NCBI GenBank assembly: GCA_902764415.1
Contig: CACWVU010000003.1
Coordinates: forward strand, 3,857-67,856
Source: an uncultured bacterium
GTDB lineage: Bacteria; Verrucomicrobiota; Kiritimatiellia; RFP12; UBA1067
Direction of reading: 5' to 3'
Length of the DNA stretch: 64,000 nt
Under the pieces are notes generated by a model. The model was not told the DNA's origin. It ran no database searches and saw only the letters and a program-made list of their open reading frames with translations. This document shows, piece after piece, positions 17,901 to 23,650 of this stretch (the stretch's first letter is position 1; each line of letters opens with the position of its first letter). Both the position numbers and the translations under genes were made by a program.

Positions 17901-20900
17901 CTCGGCGGCAGCGCCGGCGGCAACAGCGACAAGGTTGGAACGCCCACCACCTCCGGCATGTATCCCTTCGGACACGATGGCGGCGTGGTGCCGGTCTTCG
18001 GCAATAAATTTTTCGCGGCCGGCGGCGGCGGCGCGGGCGGCGTCGGCGGCGACGGGCGCATCTGGAACAATGTCTACATTGGCGGCTATGGCGGCGACGG
18101 CGTTGCCTGCGACATCACCGGCGAGAGCGTCGTCTACGCGGCTGGCGGCGGCGGTGGCGCGGGTACGGCGGGCTTTATCAGCGGCGCCGCGGGGCTTGGC
18201 GGTGTTCCCGGCTGCGGCCCTGCGGAACAGGTGCGCGTGCAGGATGCGCCCGCCAACACCGGCGCGGGCGGCGGCGGCGGCAACTTTGGCTCCAACTACT
18301 TGAAGCAGGGCGGTGCGGGCGGCAGCGGCATCGTCGTGGTGCGCGTCCTGAGCGGCGCGGACGACGGCACGGATGCGCTCGACGTGAAGACGCTCACGGC
18401 GGATGTCGTCGGCGATTCCGCGACGATCTCGGGCTCGCTCCTCAATCTCGGCGCGGGCGCGACGTCCGCGAACGTGTGGCTGGTCGTGACGGGCGGCGGC
18501 GAGACGCGGAGCATCGACCTCGGCACGACGAATGCCGTCCCTGCGGCTTTCACCTATACGGTCGAGGGGCTTGACTACGGCACGGCATATACGTTCTACT
18601 TCACGGCGACGAACAACTTCGGCGTCGGCGCGGGCGAGGCGTCAGGCGCGGCTTCGGCGGCGACGCCCGGTAACGAACTCTACTATTCGGAAATCTCCTT
18701 CCCGACCGCGCCGGCGACGCCGCTCGAGAACTTCCCGGTGCTTTTGCGGATTTCCTCCACGTCGCCGGTTGGCTTCTCCTACGCGAACTGCCCGACGGCG
18801 GACAAGCTCTGGGTTCTCGACGACACCGGCGCAGTGCTGCCGTTCGAGGTCGATACCTGGAACCCCGAGGGCGAATCGCTCCTCTGGGTCTCGGTGCCTA
18901 ACTTCTCCGCTGACACGACGCTCACGCTGCAGTGGGCCGTCGACGGGCACTCGCGTCCGGCAGTCCCGGCGGCCACGGAAGTCTGGTCGCGCGCGAACTA
19001 CGTTGGCGTCTGGCACATGAACGAGCTCCTTACGGACGGCACCGGCACCTATACGCCGGATGCCACCGTTAACGGCTGGAAGGCCTACAAGGCGAACGAG
19101 GCCGACGCCTTCCCGCTTGCGGACACAGTATCGTCCTACGCCGCCTCCACGCCGCCGACGGGCCGCGCGATGATCAGCCAGCTCGGCGACGACACCTTCA
19201 CGACGGGCGGCTTCCTCGTTCCGGCGTCCCTCACCTCGGAAACGACGATCGGGCCGTTCTCGATCTCCATCTTCGAGGCCTACGTCCAACCGTACAACAA
19301 CAAGTACTCCAGTCTCGTCTCCTTTGCGTCGGCCTACAACACGCTGGCCAGCATGCGGATCAAGCTGGACACCTGCTGGATCTACAACGGCGGCAGCAAC
19401 CCGTCGTTCAGCCTGACCGCCGACGGCCAGGCCTACAGCGCCTGGCGCCACCTCGGCGGCGTGTGGGACGCCGTCCCCTACGGCTACCTCAACGGCGAGG
19501 CGAGGTACCTGAACCAGAAGAACTGGGACGTCTCCAAGACGCTCTCGAACGGCATCGGCCTTGGCACGCTCACCGGCCATACGGAGACGCAGCAGGGCTA
19601 CATGGACGAAGTCCGCATCCGCAACGCCGCCTCGTCCGCCGACTGGATGGCCGCCGAATACGCCACGGTGATGGATCATGGCTACGCGGTCTTCGAGGAC
19701 GCCGAAATCGACACGGGCGCGCCGCGCGTCGGCAAGCCGGCCATCGTCGAGGCATCCGGGACGAGCGCGACGCTCGCCGCGACCGTTGTGAAGCTCGGCG
19801 ACAATGCGACGGAAGCCGACATCTGGCTCGTCCTCGAGGGCGGAACGAAAACACTGACCTATCCCGTCGGGAAGGCGACGGCGCCGCTCCAGTCCTTCAC
19901 GAACACGGTCACCGGCCTTGCCAACTCCACCGTCTACACCGCGTACTTCACGGTGACGAACAATGCCGAGCCCGCCGCCAGCTCCGACTCCAAGACGGTA
20001 TCGTTCGAGACCGAGACCTTGCCGGCCAACTGGAACACCGGCTCGTTTGCGCTCTCCGGCAGCGGGAAGTCGCTTACGACATCCATCGACGTTACCGACC
20101 TCGGCACCGGCACGACAACGCTCTATCTCATGACGGGCCCCGGTTGGAATAGCGAGAACATCGTCTCCGCAACGAGTGTCCTCACCAACACGGGCGTGCA
20201 TTCGTTTACCCTTGACTACCCGGACATGCCGTGGGGAAAATCGGTCTACGTTTCGTTCCTGCTCGTGAACGGCACGGAGCAGAACGCGATCACCAACGGC
20301 CCCTATACCGCAAACGGCCAGGCGTTCTACAACAAGTACGTCACGTTCCAGGACAACTCGACCTACACCTGGATCGGCGGCGCGGCGGGCGACTGGAACG
20401 ACCCGACCAAGTGGGAGCTGACGACGAAGGGCAGCGCTGCGGGTGAGACGCCGGCCGGCTACCCGGTTTATGGCTCGACGGCATACTTCAAGACGAACAT
20501 CGCAGTGACCGTCGCGATTCCCGCTACGGCCGGCACCTCGGTTTCGGGCGGCACGCCGTGCTGGTATGTCGGCTCGCTCAACATGAGCAACATGTCCGCG
20601 CCGCTCACGTTCGTCTCGACTTCAATCGCAGACGAATGCCGCATCCAGGCGGGCGGCATCAGCGCGGACAACGCGAACCTCGACGTCACCTTTGATGGTT
20701 GCTACTTCAACACAGGCTCGGCGCCGCACATCGGTGCCAACGCAACTGTTGACGGGCGCAATACCGTCTTGACGTTCAAGAACGGCGCGCGCGGTTATTT
20801 CAACCAGCTCTGGGTCGACAAGCCGGCCGCGAAGGTGCGCGTCCTGAGCGGGTCGCTTCTTGAAGACGGCTACCTGCTGTGCGGCACCAATGTCGCGGGC

Positions 20901-22505
20901 GACGAGAACAAGCCAGTGCTTGAAGTCGAGGACGCTGAATACATAAACAGGCAGAATTCGGTTGCCTTTGACTACAACAACACTACCAACGGCTTGCTGA
21001 TCCGCCTTCTTGGTAGGCACCCGCGCGTCTCATCCCCGAACTTCAATCTGGCCCGTGCCTCCGGCGGCTGCATCGAGTTTGTCGTCCCGGCGGGTGGCTA
21101 TGCGGATGCGCCAATCCATTTCCTCTCGAACGGCGAGTTCAACTCGGCCAAGAATGCGCCGATCCGGCTTAGAGTCTCGCCTGACTCGCCGGCGCTTAAG
21201 GCCGGGTTTGCCACGACGACGCGCCTTGTGGATGCGAAGCTCGTCGTCGTGTCCGAGGAGTCCGCGGCGGTTTCGTTCGAGCTGCCGTCGGGCGTGACGA
21301 CGTCGCGCCACACCAACGAGGACGGCCACGAGGAGGGCTATGACTGCTCGATTCCCGCGGGGACCGGGCCGACGCTCTCCGATGTCAGGGTCGTCGCGTG
21401 CGGCGACGCCTCCTTCACGGTCAACGGCACGGTGGCCACGCACAACGACGAGGCTGCCACCATCAGGGCCTACGTTGCCGCGGACGGTGGCGACTTCGCG
21501 GCAAAGGGCGCCGCGGTTGCCGCCGCCGGACAGTTTGCCGTCAAGGCCAAGAACCTGACGGCCGGAACCAGGTATCGCTGGTATATCGAGGCCACGACGG
21601 CCTCCGGCTCGCACTGCACCGAGGCGCAGGAGCTGACGTTCCGTCCCGGCAAGGCGTCCGTTGCGTCGGCGAGCGAGGAGCCGATTCTGGTGGGCGGCGA
21701 AAAGGTCTATGTCTTCACCAATTCCACCGAGGCCGGCTCGATCACCTTCGCGCAGGGCGGCCTCGTCGAGGTGCTGGTCATCGGCGGCGGCGGCGCGGGC
21801 GGCAACGCCATGGGCGGCGGCGGCGGCGCGGGCGCGTTCCTGCACCGCTACGACTTCATCCCGGCCGGCACCTACGAGGTGACCGTCGGCAAGGGCGGCT
21901 ACAACACCGGCAACAACCAGGGCAGCGATGCGGTTCCGGCGGAGGCCTCTTCGATCGGCGACGTCTTCGTGGCGCCGGGCGGCGGCGCGGGCGGACGCTG
22001 GGGCGCGCAGGGCAAGGTGCAGGGCGGCAGCGCCGGCGGCAACAGCGGCAACGCCAATGTTCCGGCGGTCGGCATCGGCATCTATCCGCTCGGCCGCGAC
22101 GGCGGCTCGCAGACAACCGGCAACGCGTATATCGGCGCGGGCGGCGGCGGCGCAGGCAGCGCGGGACATGACTCCCGGACATGGGGCGGCATTTACTACG
22201 GCGGGCGCGGCGGCGACGGCGTCGCCTGCGACATCACCGGCGTGAGCGTCGTCTACGCGGCCGGCGGCGGCGGCGGCGCGGGCACGGTGGGCTACATCCC
22301 CGGCTCGGCGGGACTGGGCGGCGTCCGCGGCTGCGGCAGAAGCGACACAGAAATCTTCAACGCGCCCGACAACACCGGCTCCGGCGGCGGCGGCGGCAGC
22401 TATCAGACAGGCACGTACCAAATGGGCGGCGCGGGCGGCAGCGGCATCGTCGTCATCCGTGTCAAGGAGTTCTTCCGGCCCGGTACGGTGTACTACATCC
22501 GGTAG
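11913..22505 (+). CDS. giant secreted DUF2341/LamG/Fn3-like/glycine-rich-domain protein (3,530 aa)
   Basis: Sec signal MKVSKLLSVVVAAASTLFVALSARA. Three DUF2341-type modules (..NFPVLVRL..ESLVWVSVP..) are each followed by a LamG-type jelly roll ending (G)Y(L/M)DE(A/V)RIRN..EY. Five Fn3-like units end in TATNN/TVTNN. A PA14-like stretch lies at ~14.7-15.1 kb. There are two NSTYTW(V/I)GGA.G.WND..(N/K)WE units and two glycine-rich domains. It is an uninterrupted ORF with high G/C-ending codon use. Confidence 0.9.
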   Translation: MKVSKLLSVVVAAASTLFVALSARAEFTCELSFLQAPSTALANFPVLVRLAEDAPTGFSYADCPTASCIWFTDANDDAIPCDVDTWDDEGESLVWVSVPSLSSSATIKMHWDAAGAPAGLPASSQVWSLANYVGVWHMNELVYDSTKEKHYTPDSSASGWNAYKVTQSDAVPAPVTTATGVTANPTPLTGTAMNIAYGAGKDNAAFGGFAVPMAQTSSFTLGGSGFTLSAIVNSQQVANDGRCRVIAFGAAYNEMANLSIGCDNIYVMGGTNHLKANPRGQTDWVYSAGVFNSPRSKIYADGVCLSGSNEGNPSLASLSLTKGIGLGCFIDGKNTLDGYLDEARIRNVASTGEWVAEEYKTVTTANYVSFGEVETGVEVLRLGPVAVSDVTPTNAVVTGELRTLGEGATSADVWLVYTDGGATTNRIALGPKSGEPSALSVTLENLAEKTTYTCWFTATNNLSAGADSATASFKTKRIPTGTGIYECELSFPSAPATPLENFPVLVRLANDAPEGFLYEDCPTAAHLWFTDGYDTVLPFEADTWNTAGESLVWVSVPSFSSATKITMHWSSDADSVEDSPDAREVWTRAGYNAVWHFSGSAAESVNGLNASVTKGSPTYDGNASYPGPLGKTLWLANNSALGYAVDPAWTTLGANASLTISCLARPVTASLGGYARMVCCQTSWEVKHGYTFAVHSPISKITLGSSDSSELALNSGTGNWSGWPSTDWVHLTARYDNTAGAIFKDGQTAISGAIKTLATPEGVLYLGANGDGNQRFWVGGLDEIRIRAAASSDDWVAAEYATMATANYVSFGDVEEAAAGVSLEFGTPSVSSVSATGAIISARLKSLGENATSANLWVVVSGFGQTRTYPLVPATGPKVVEATLSGLQPGADWTAYLTATNNASPAVGTNSAAVVFSTDSDAGGLGGVGLYQAVTTSSAIPADAAANWDIAASGIVTLGPLAMRCALSSGTHQWQATDGSSYQWSNNTGFGYAGCMYMEAGKDYYFGGAIDDAGCVWVDDGVAGWDAKRTASQLGGYQSWNKAGPYTVAKTGFRRVVFSCWNGGGGAGAESGGSVTSEQAALRYAAVANGAAAPGKDDASWLPAVDPGDGSLFRLSVGVLRGVSVLSAVRDGTLLSARVAVDAAAPGEISKLRYVFGATHGGFNPADWEGGSLVVSSLPATAATNDYIVGIAADTRYVRFYIDDDGAIGWSATISLDWAGETTIADDFLFIGDPEVLSVGADKATVSAVLNAPGDGATAAQAWFVVTGGGETFTVPAGTATSRTNLTVEVTGLVPETEYSIWCTATNNAAEPAGADTPAATFTTGPKFSGWTPGQTAFKQNGKSFSATVPILNLGVGTTTLYLMTGPGNGNVPNISATKVVTGTGEQTITADFSALPWGTKYYYGLMMVSGTAEEAVTNGPFTASGEIFSNKSFELQDNSTYTWVGGATGVWNDAGNWERTAAGSNATTLYAGYPVYGSTAVFATNVQVTVTIPATEGTTTVSGGVPSWSVSNVNLTNMDAPLVFTPGPQGQTSIFYIVGSIVASRTSNRLVFDNCLCQLPKLQDTGANAYNAENGGNLVVTITGGSEASFSSIEPNYPGVKLRIEDGSLVKSGTICGGSGNTSYPAVIEIEDAELRSTGYIQPDYRGIGGTVFRFLGRNPKLLSSYYATKNSDTPSAFEFVVPAGGYFTPPLHFYGDSILASGGSKAILLRVSADSPALATGVGTTTRFVNAKIAAGSSTARVDFDLPTGVTTSTYTDANGNADGYVVTIPAGDGPALSDVALAYAGNGSFDVAGSVDPGSAGSATVKVYLAEGEGDFAAAATTNVTAAGAFRLRVSGLTDGTAYRWYAEAVSASGSHATEPESVTFQSGIASVSAATVEPHPVLNGDTVYTFTDSTAPGSITFSQGGLVEVLVVGGGGAGGNSAGGGGGGGAFLHRRAFVPAGTYAVTVGKGGYNATVANNVLPVDAESSALGALFVAAGGGAGGCWDIPSGTSLGGSAGGNSDKVGTPTTSGMYPFGHDGGVVPVFGNKFFAAGGGGAGGVGGDGRIWNNVYIGGYGGDGVACDITGESVVYAAGGGGGAGTAGFISGAAGLGGVPGCGPAEQVRVQDAPANTGAGGGGGNFGSNYLKQGGAGGSGIVVVRVLSGADDGTDALDVKTLTADVVGDSATISGSLLNLGAGATSANVWLVVTGGGETRSIDLGTTNAVPAAFTYTVEGLDYGTAYTFYFTATNNFGVGAGEASGAASAATPGNELYYSEISFPTAPATPLENFPVLLRISSTSPVGFSYANCPTADKLWVLDDTGAVLPFEVDTWNPEGESLLWVSVPNFSADTTLTLQWAVDGHSRPAVPAATEVWSRANYVGVWHMNELLTDGTGTYTPDATVNGWKAYKANEADAFPLADTVSSYAASTPPTGRAMISQLGDDTFTTGGFLVPASLTSETTIGPFSISIFEAYVQPYNNKYSSLVSFASAYNTLASMRIKLDTCWIYNGGSNPSFSLTADGQAYSAWRHLGGVWDAVPYGYLNGEARYLNQKNWDVSKTLSNGIGLGTLTGHTETQQGYMDEVRIRNAASSADWMAAEYATVMDHGYAVFEDAEIDTGAPRVGKPAIVEASGTSATLAATVVKLGDNATEADIWLVLEGGTKTLTYPVGKATAPLQSFTNTVTGLANSTVYTAYFTVTNNAEPAASSDSKTVSFETETLPANWNTGSFALSGSGKSLTTSIDVTDLGTGTTTLYLMTGPGWNSENIVSATSVLTNTGVHSFTLDYPDMPWGKSVYVSFLLVNGTEQNAITNGPYTANGQAFYNKYVTFQDNSTYTWIGGAAGDWNDPTKWELTTKGSAAGETPAGYPVYGSTAYFKTNIAVTVAIPATAGTSVSGGTPCWYVGSLNMSNMSAPLTFVSTSIADECRIQAGGISADNANLDVTFDGCYFNTGSAPHIGANATVDGRNTVLTFKNGARGYFNQLWVDKPAAKVRVLSGSLLEDGYLLCGTNVAGDENKPVLEVEDAEYINRQNSVAFDYNNTTNGLLIRLLGRHPRVSSPNFNLARASGGCIEFVVPAGGYADAPIHFLSNGEFNSAKNAPIRLRVSPDSPALKAGFATTTRLVDAKLVVVSEESAAVSFELPSGVTTSRHTNEDGHEEGYDCSIPAGTGPTLSDVRVVACGDASFTVNGTVATHNDEAATIRAYVAADGGDFAAKGAAVAAAGQFAVKAKNLTAGTRYRWYIEATTASGSHCTEAQELTFRPGKASVASASEEPILVGGEKVYVFTNSTEAGSITFAQGGLVEVLVIGGGGAGGNAMGGGGGAGAFLHRYDFIPAGTYEVTVGKGGYNTGNNQGSDAVPAEASSIGDVFVAPGGGAGGRWGAQGKVQGGSAGGNSGNANVPAVGIGIYPLGRDGGSQTTGNAYIGAGGGGAGSAGHDSRTWGGIYYGGRGGDGVACDITGVSVVYAAGGGGGAGTVGYIPGSAGLGGVRGCGRSDTEIFNAPDNTGSGGGGGSYQTGTYQMGGAGGSGIVVIRVKEFFRPGTVYYIR
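11988..13000 (+). other. DUF2341 + LamG module 1 of the 3,530-aa protein
   Basis: FTCELSFLQAPSTALANFPVLVRLAEDAP..GESLVWVSVPSL..IKMHW, then GVWHMNE...GYLDEARIRNVASTGEWVAEEYKTV. Confidence 0.7.
13365..14322 (+). other. DUF2341 + LamG module 2
   Basis: YECELSFPSAPATPLENFPVLVRLANDAP..GESLVWVSVPSF..ITMHW, then AVWHFSG...GGLDEIRIRAAASSDDWVAAEYATM. Confidence 0.7.
17634..18355 (+). other. glycine-rich domain 1 (phage-tail-fibre-like 'glycine-rich domain' family)
   Basis: GGLVEVLVVGGGGAGGNSAGGGGGGGAFLHRRAFVPAGTYAVTVGKGGYN ... AAGGGGGAG ... NTGAGGGGGN ... GGAGGSGIVVVRV. Confidence 0.65.
18679..19670 (+). other. DUF2341 + LamG module 3
   Basis: YYSEISFPTAPATPLENFPVLLRISSTSP..GESLLWVSVPNF..LTLQW, then GVWHMNE...GYMDEVRIRNAASSADWMAAEYATV. 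Confidence 0.7.
21754..22470 (+). other. glycine-rich domain 2 (paralogue of 17634-18355)
   Basis: GGLVEVLVIGGGGAGGNAMGGGGGAGAFLHRYDFIPAGTYEVTVGKGGYN ... NTGSGGGGGS ... GGAGGSGIVVIRV. It is collinear with domain 1. Confidence 0.65.
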
Positions 22506-22522
22506 GCGGGCATACGCCCGCC
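22505..22522 (+). terminator. GC-rich stem-loop immediately after the stop of the 3,530-aa gene (possible terminator, no U-tract)
   Basis: ggcgggc-atac-gcccgcc gives a 7-bp stem and 4-nt loop, overlapping the last base of TAG 22503-22505. No T-run follows. Confidence 0.3.
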
Positions 22523-22608
22523 GAAGGGACGGAAGGGACAAAAGGGACAGAAGGGACAAACATGACCAGCCAGTCGCTTAAGTCGCTTTTGTCGCTCTCG
22601 TCCCTTGA
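22522..22608. repeat. hairpin built from two phased 9-mer arrays (4 x nnAAGGGAC / 4 x GTCsCTnnn)
   Basis: The left array is cgaagggac ggaagggac aaaagggac agaagggac (22522-22557). A 15-nt loop follows. The right array is gtcgcttaa gtcgctttt gtcgctctc gtcccttga (22573-22608). The arms are imperfect reverse complements, with a recurrent central mismatch per unit. Confidence 0.8.
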
Positions 22609-22687
22609 ATGGGGCTCAAATGGGACCAAAGGGACAAACATGACCAGCCAGTCGCTTAAGTCGCTTTTGTCGCTCTCGTCCCTTGAA
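22551..22687. repeat. two exact 59-nt direct repeats (22551-22609 and 22629-22687, period 78 nt)
   Basis: aagggacaaacatgaccagccagtcgcttaagtcgcttttgtcgctctcgtcccttgaa occurs twice, identical by eye. The second copy ends 10 nt before ATG 22698. Confidence 0.85.
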
Positions 22688-22697
22688 GAGGTCCCCA

Positions 22698-23384
22698 ATG
22701 GCTGAAGTTCCGAAGATCGTTTTGCCGCATGGCGGCTACCGCAACCTCATCGTCTACCGCAAGAGCGACGTGATCTACCAGGGCACCGTCGCATTCTGCC
22801 GCCGCTTTCTGCCGGCGCGCGGCGACCGCACGGTCGACCAGATGACGCAGGCCGCGCGCTCCTGCAAGCAGAACATCGCCGAAGGGTCGGCGGCGAGCGG
22901 CACCTCGAAGGAGACGGAGATTAAGCTGACCAACGTCGCCCGGGCGACGCTTGACGAACTCCTCGAAGACTATCTCGACTACCTGAAGTCACATGGCGCC
23001 GGGGAATGGCCGGCCGCCAGCGAGAAGAAGGCGGCGGCGCGCGACTTCGCGAAGAGCCACGCCGACTGGGACGACTGGAAGCCGTTCTTCGAGTCGCGCT
23101 CGGCGGAGACGCTCTGCAATCTGATGATCGTCGTCATCCAGCAGACGAAATACCTGCTCGACAAGATGATTGCCGCGCAGGAAGAGGACTTCAAGCTGCA
23201 TGGCGGCGTCCGCGAGCGGATGCACGCGGCGCGAACCGCCGCGCGCGGCGAAGACTGGGACGGGGCGATCTATTCGCGGCTTGACGGCGCGGCGTCCGCC
23301 GAAGAGCTCGCCGCTCGCGCCGCCGAGATGCGCGAGCGCATATCCAAGGCAGTCTGGGGCATAAAGCAGCGGAAGGGCTGGTAG
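22698..23384 (+). CDS. four-helix-bundle protein ('23S rRNA intervening-sequence protein' family) with C-terminal suffix domain
   Basis: YRNLIVYRKSDVIYQGTVAFCRRF...QMTQAARSCKQNIAEGSAASGTSKETEIKLTNVARATLDELLEDYLDYL is the typical core of this family. ATG 22698 is preferred over the TTG at 22683, which lies inside the repeat. Confidence 0.8.
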   Translation: MAEVPKIVLPHGGYRNLIVYRKSDVIYQGTVAFCRRFLPARGDRTVDQMTQAARSCKQNIAEGSAASGTSKETEIKLTNVARATLDELLEDYLDYLKSHGAGEWPAASEKKAAARDFAKSHADWDDWKPFFESRSAETLCNLMIVVIQQTKYLLDKMIAAQEEDFKLHGGVRERMHAARTAARGEDWDGAIYSRLDGAASAEELAARAAEMRERISKAVWGIKQRKGW

Positions 23385-23386
23385 GC

Positions 23387-23558
23387 CAAAGGGACGGAAG
23401 GGACAGAAGGGACGAAAGGGACGGGCCAGGGCTTGGCGGTGCCTGGGCCGGGCTGCCCAGGGCTTGCGGGCCAGGGCCGGGCTGGCCAAGGCTTTGCAGG
23501 GCCGGGCTTGGCGGGCTTGGCGGTCGCTTAGGTCCCTTCTGTCGCTTTTGTCCCTTTT
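23387..23558. repeat. long hairpin: 4 x nnAAGGGAC array + ~100-nt GC-rich degenerate repeat loop + 4 x GTCsCTTnn array
   Basis: The left array is caaagggac ggaagggac agaagggac gaaagggac (23387-23422). The middle is made of gggcc(a/g)gggct(t/g)gc-type units. The right array is gtcgcttag gtcccttct gtcgctttt gtccctttt (23523-23558). It begins 2 nt after stop TAG 23382-23384. Confidence 0.8.
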
Positions 23559-23614
23559 CGCGGCGGTTTGCGTAAACCGAGCGGAAAATTTTGCGTAGAA
23601 TGGGCGGCGCGTCA

Positions 23615-23644
23615 TTGCCAACGCCATTGCCGTTGTGATATAAT
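23615..23644 (+). promoter_or_regulatory. sigma70-like promoter with extended -10, positioned for a leaderless transcript of the 23651 gene
   Basis: TTGCCA (23615-23620), an 18-nt spacer, then TGaTATAAT (23636-23644). Only 6 nt (atcgcc) separate the -10 from ATG 23651, and no Shine-Dalgarno is present. Confidence 0.4.
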
Positions 23645-23650
23645 ATCGCC

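Noticed and set aside
17634-18355. The glycine-rich stretches (GGGGAGG runs) as simple-sequence or collagen-like repeats, or as sequencing artefacts.
   Set aside because: The two copies (17634-18355 and 21754-22470) are collinear, with conserved non-Gly motifs: VEVLV.GGGGAGG, Y.VTVGKGGYN, GDGVACDITG.SVVYAAGGGGGAG and GGAGGSGIVV.RV. They are therefore a folded-domain family, not slippage.
22551-22687. A possible CRISPR array, suggested by two exact 59-nt direct repeats separated by 19 nt.
   Set aside because: There are only two copies, the 'spacer' is shorter than the repeat, and the repeats are themselves composed of 9-mer arrays. No cas genes are in the window.
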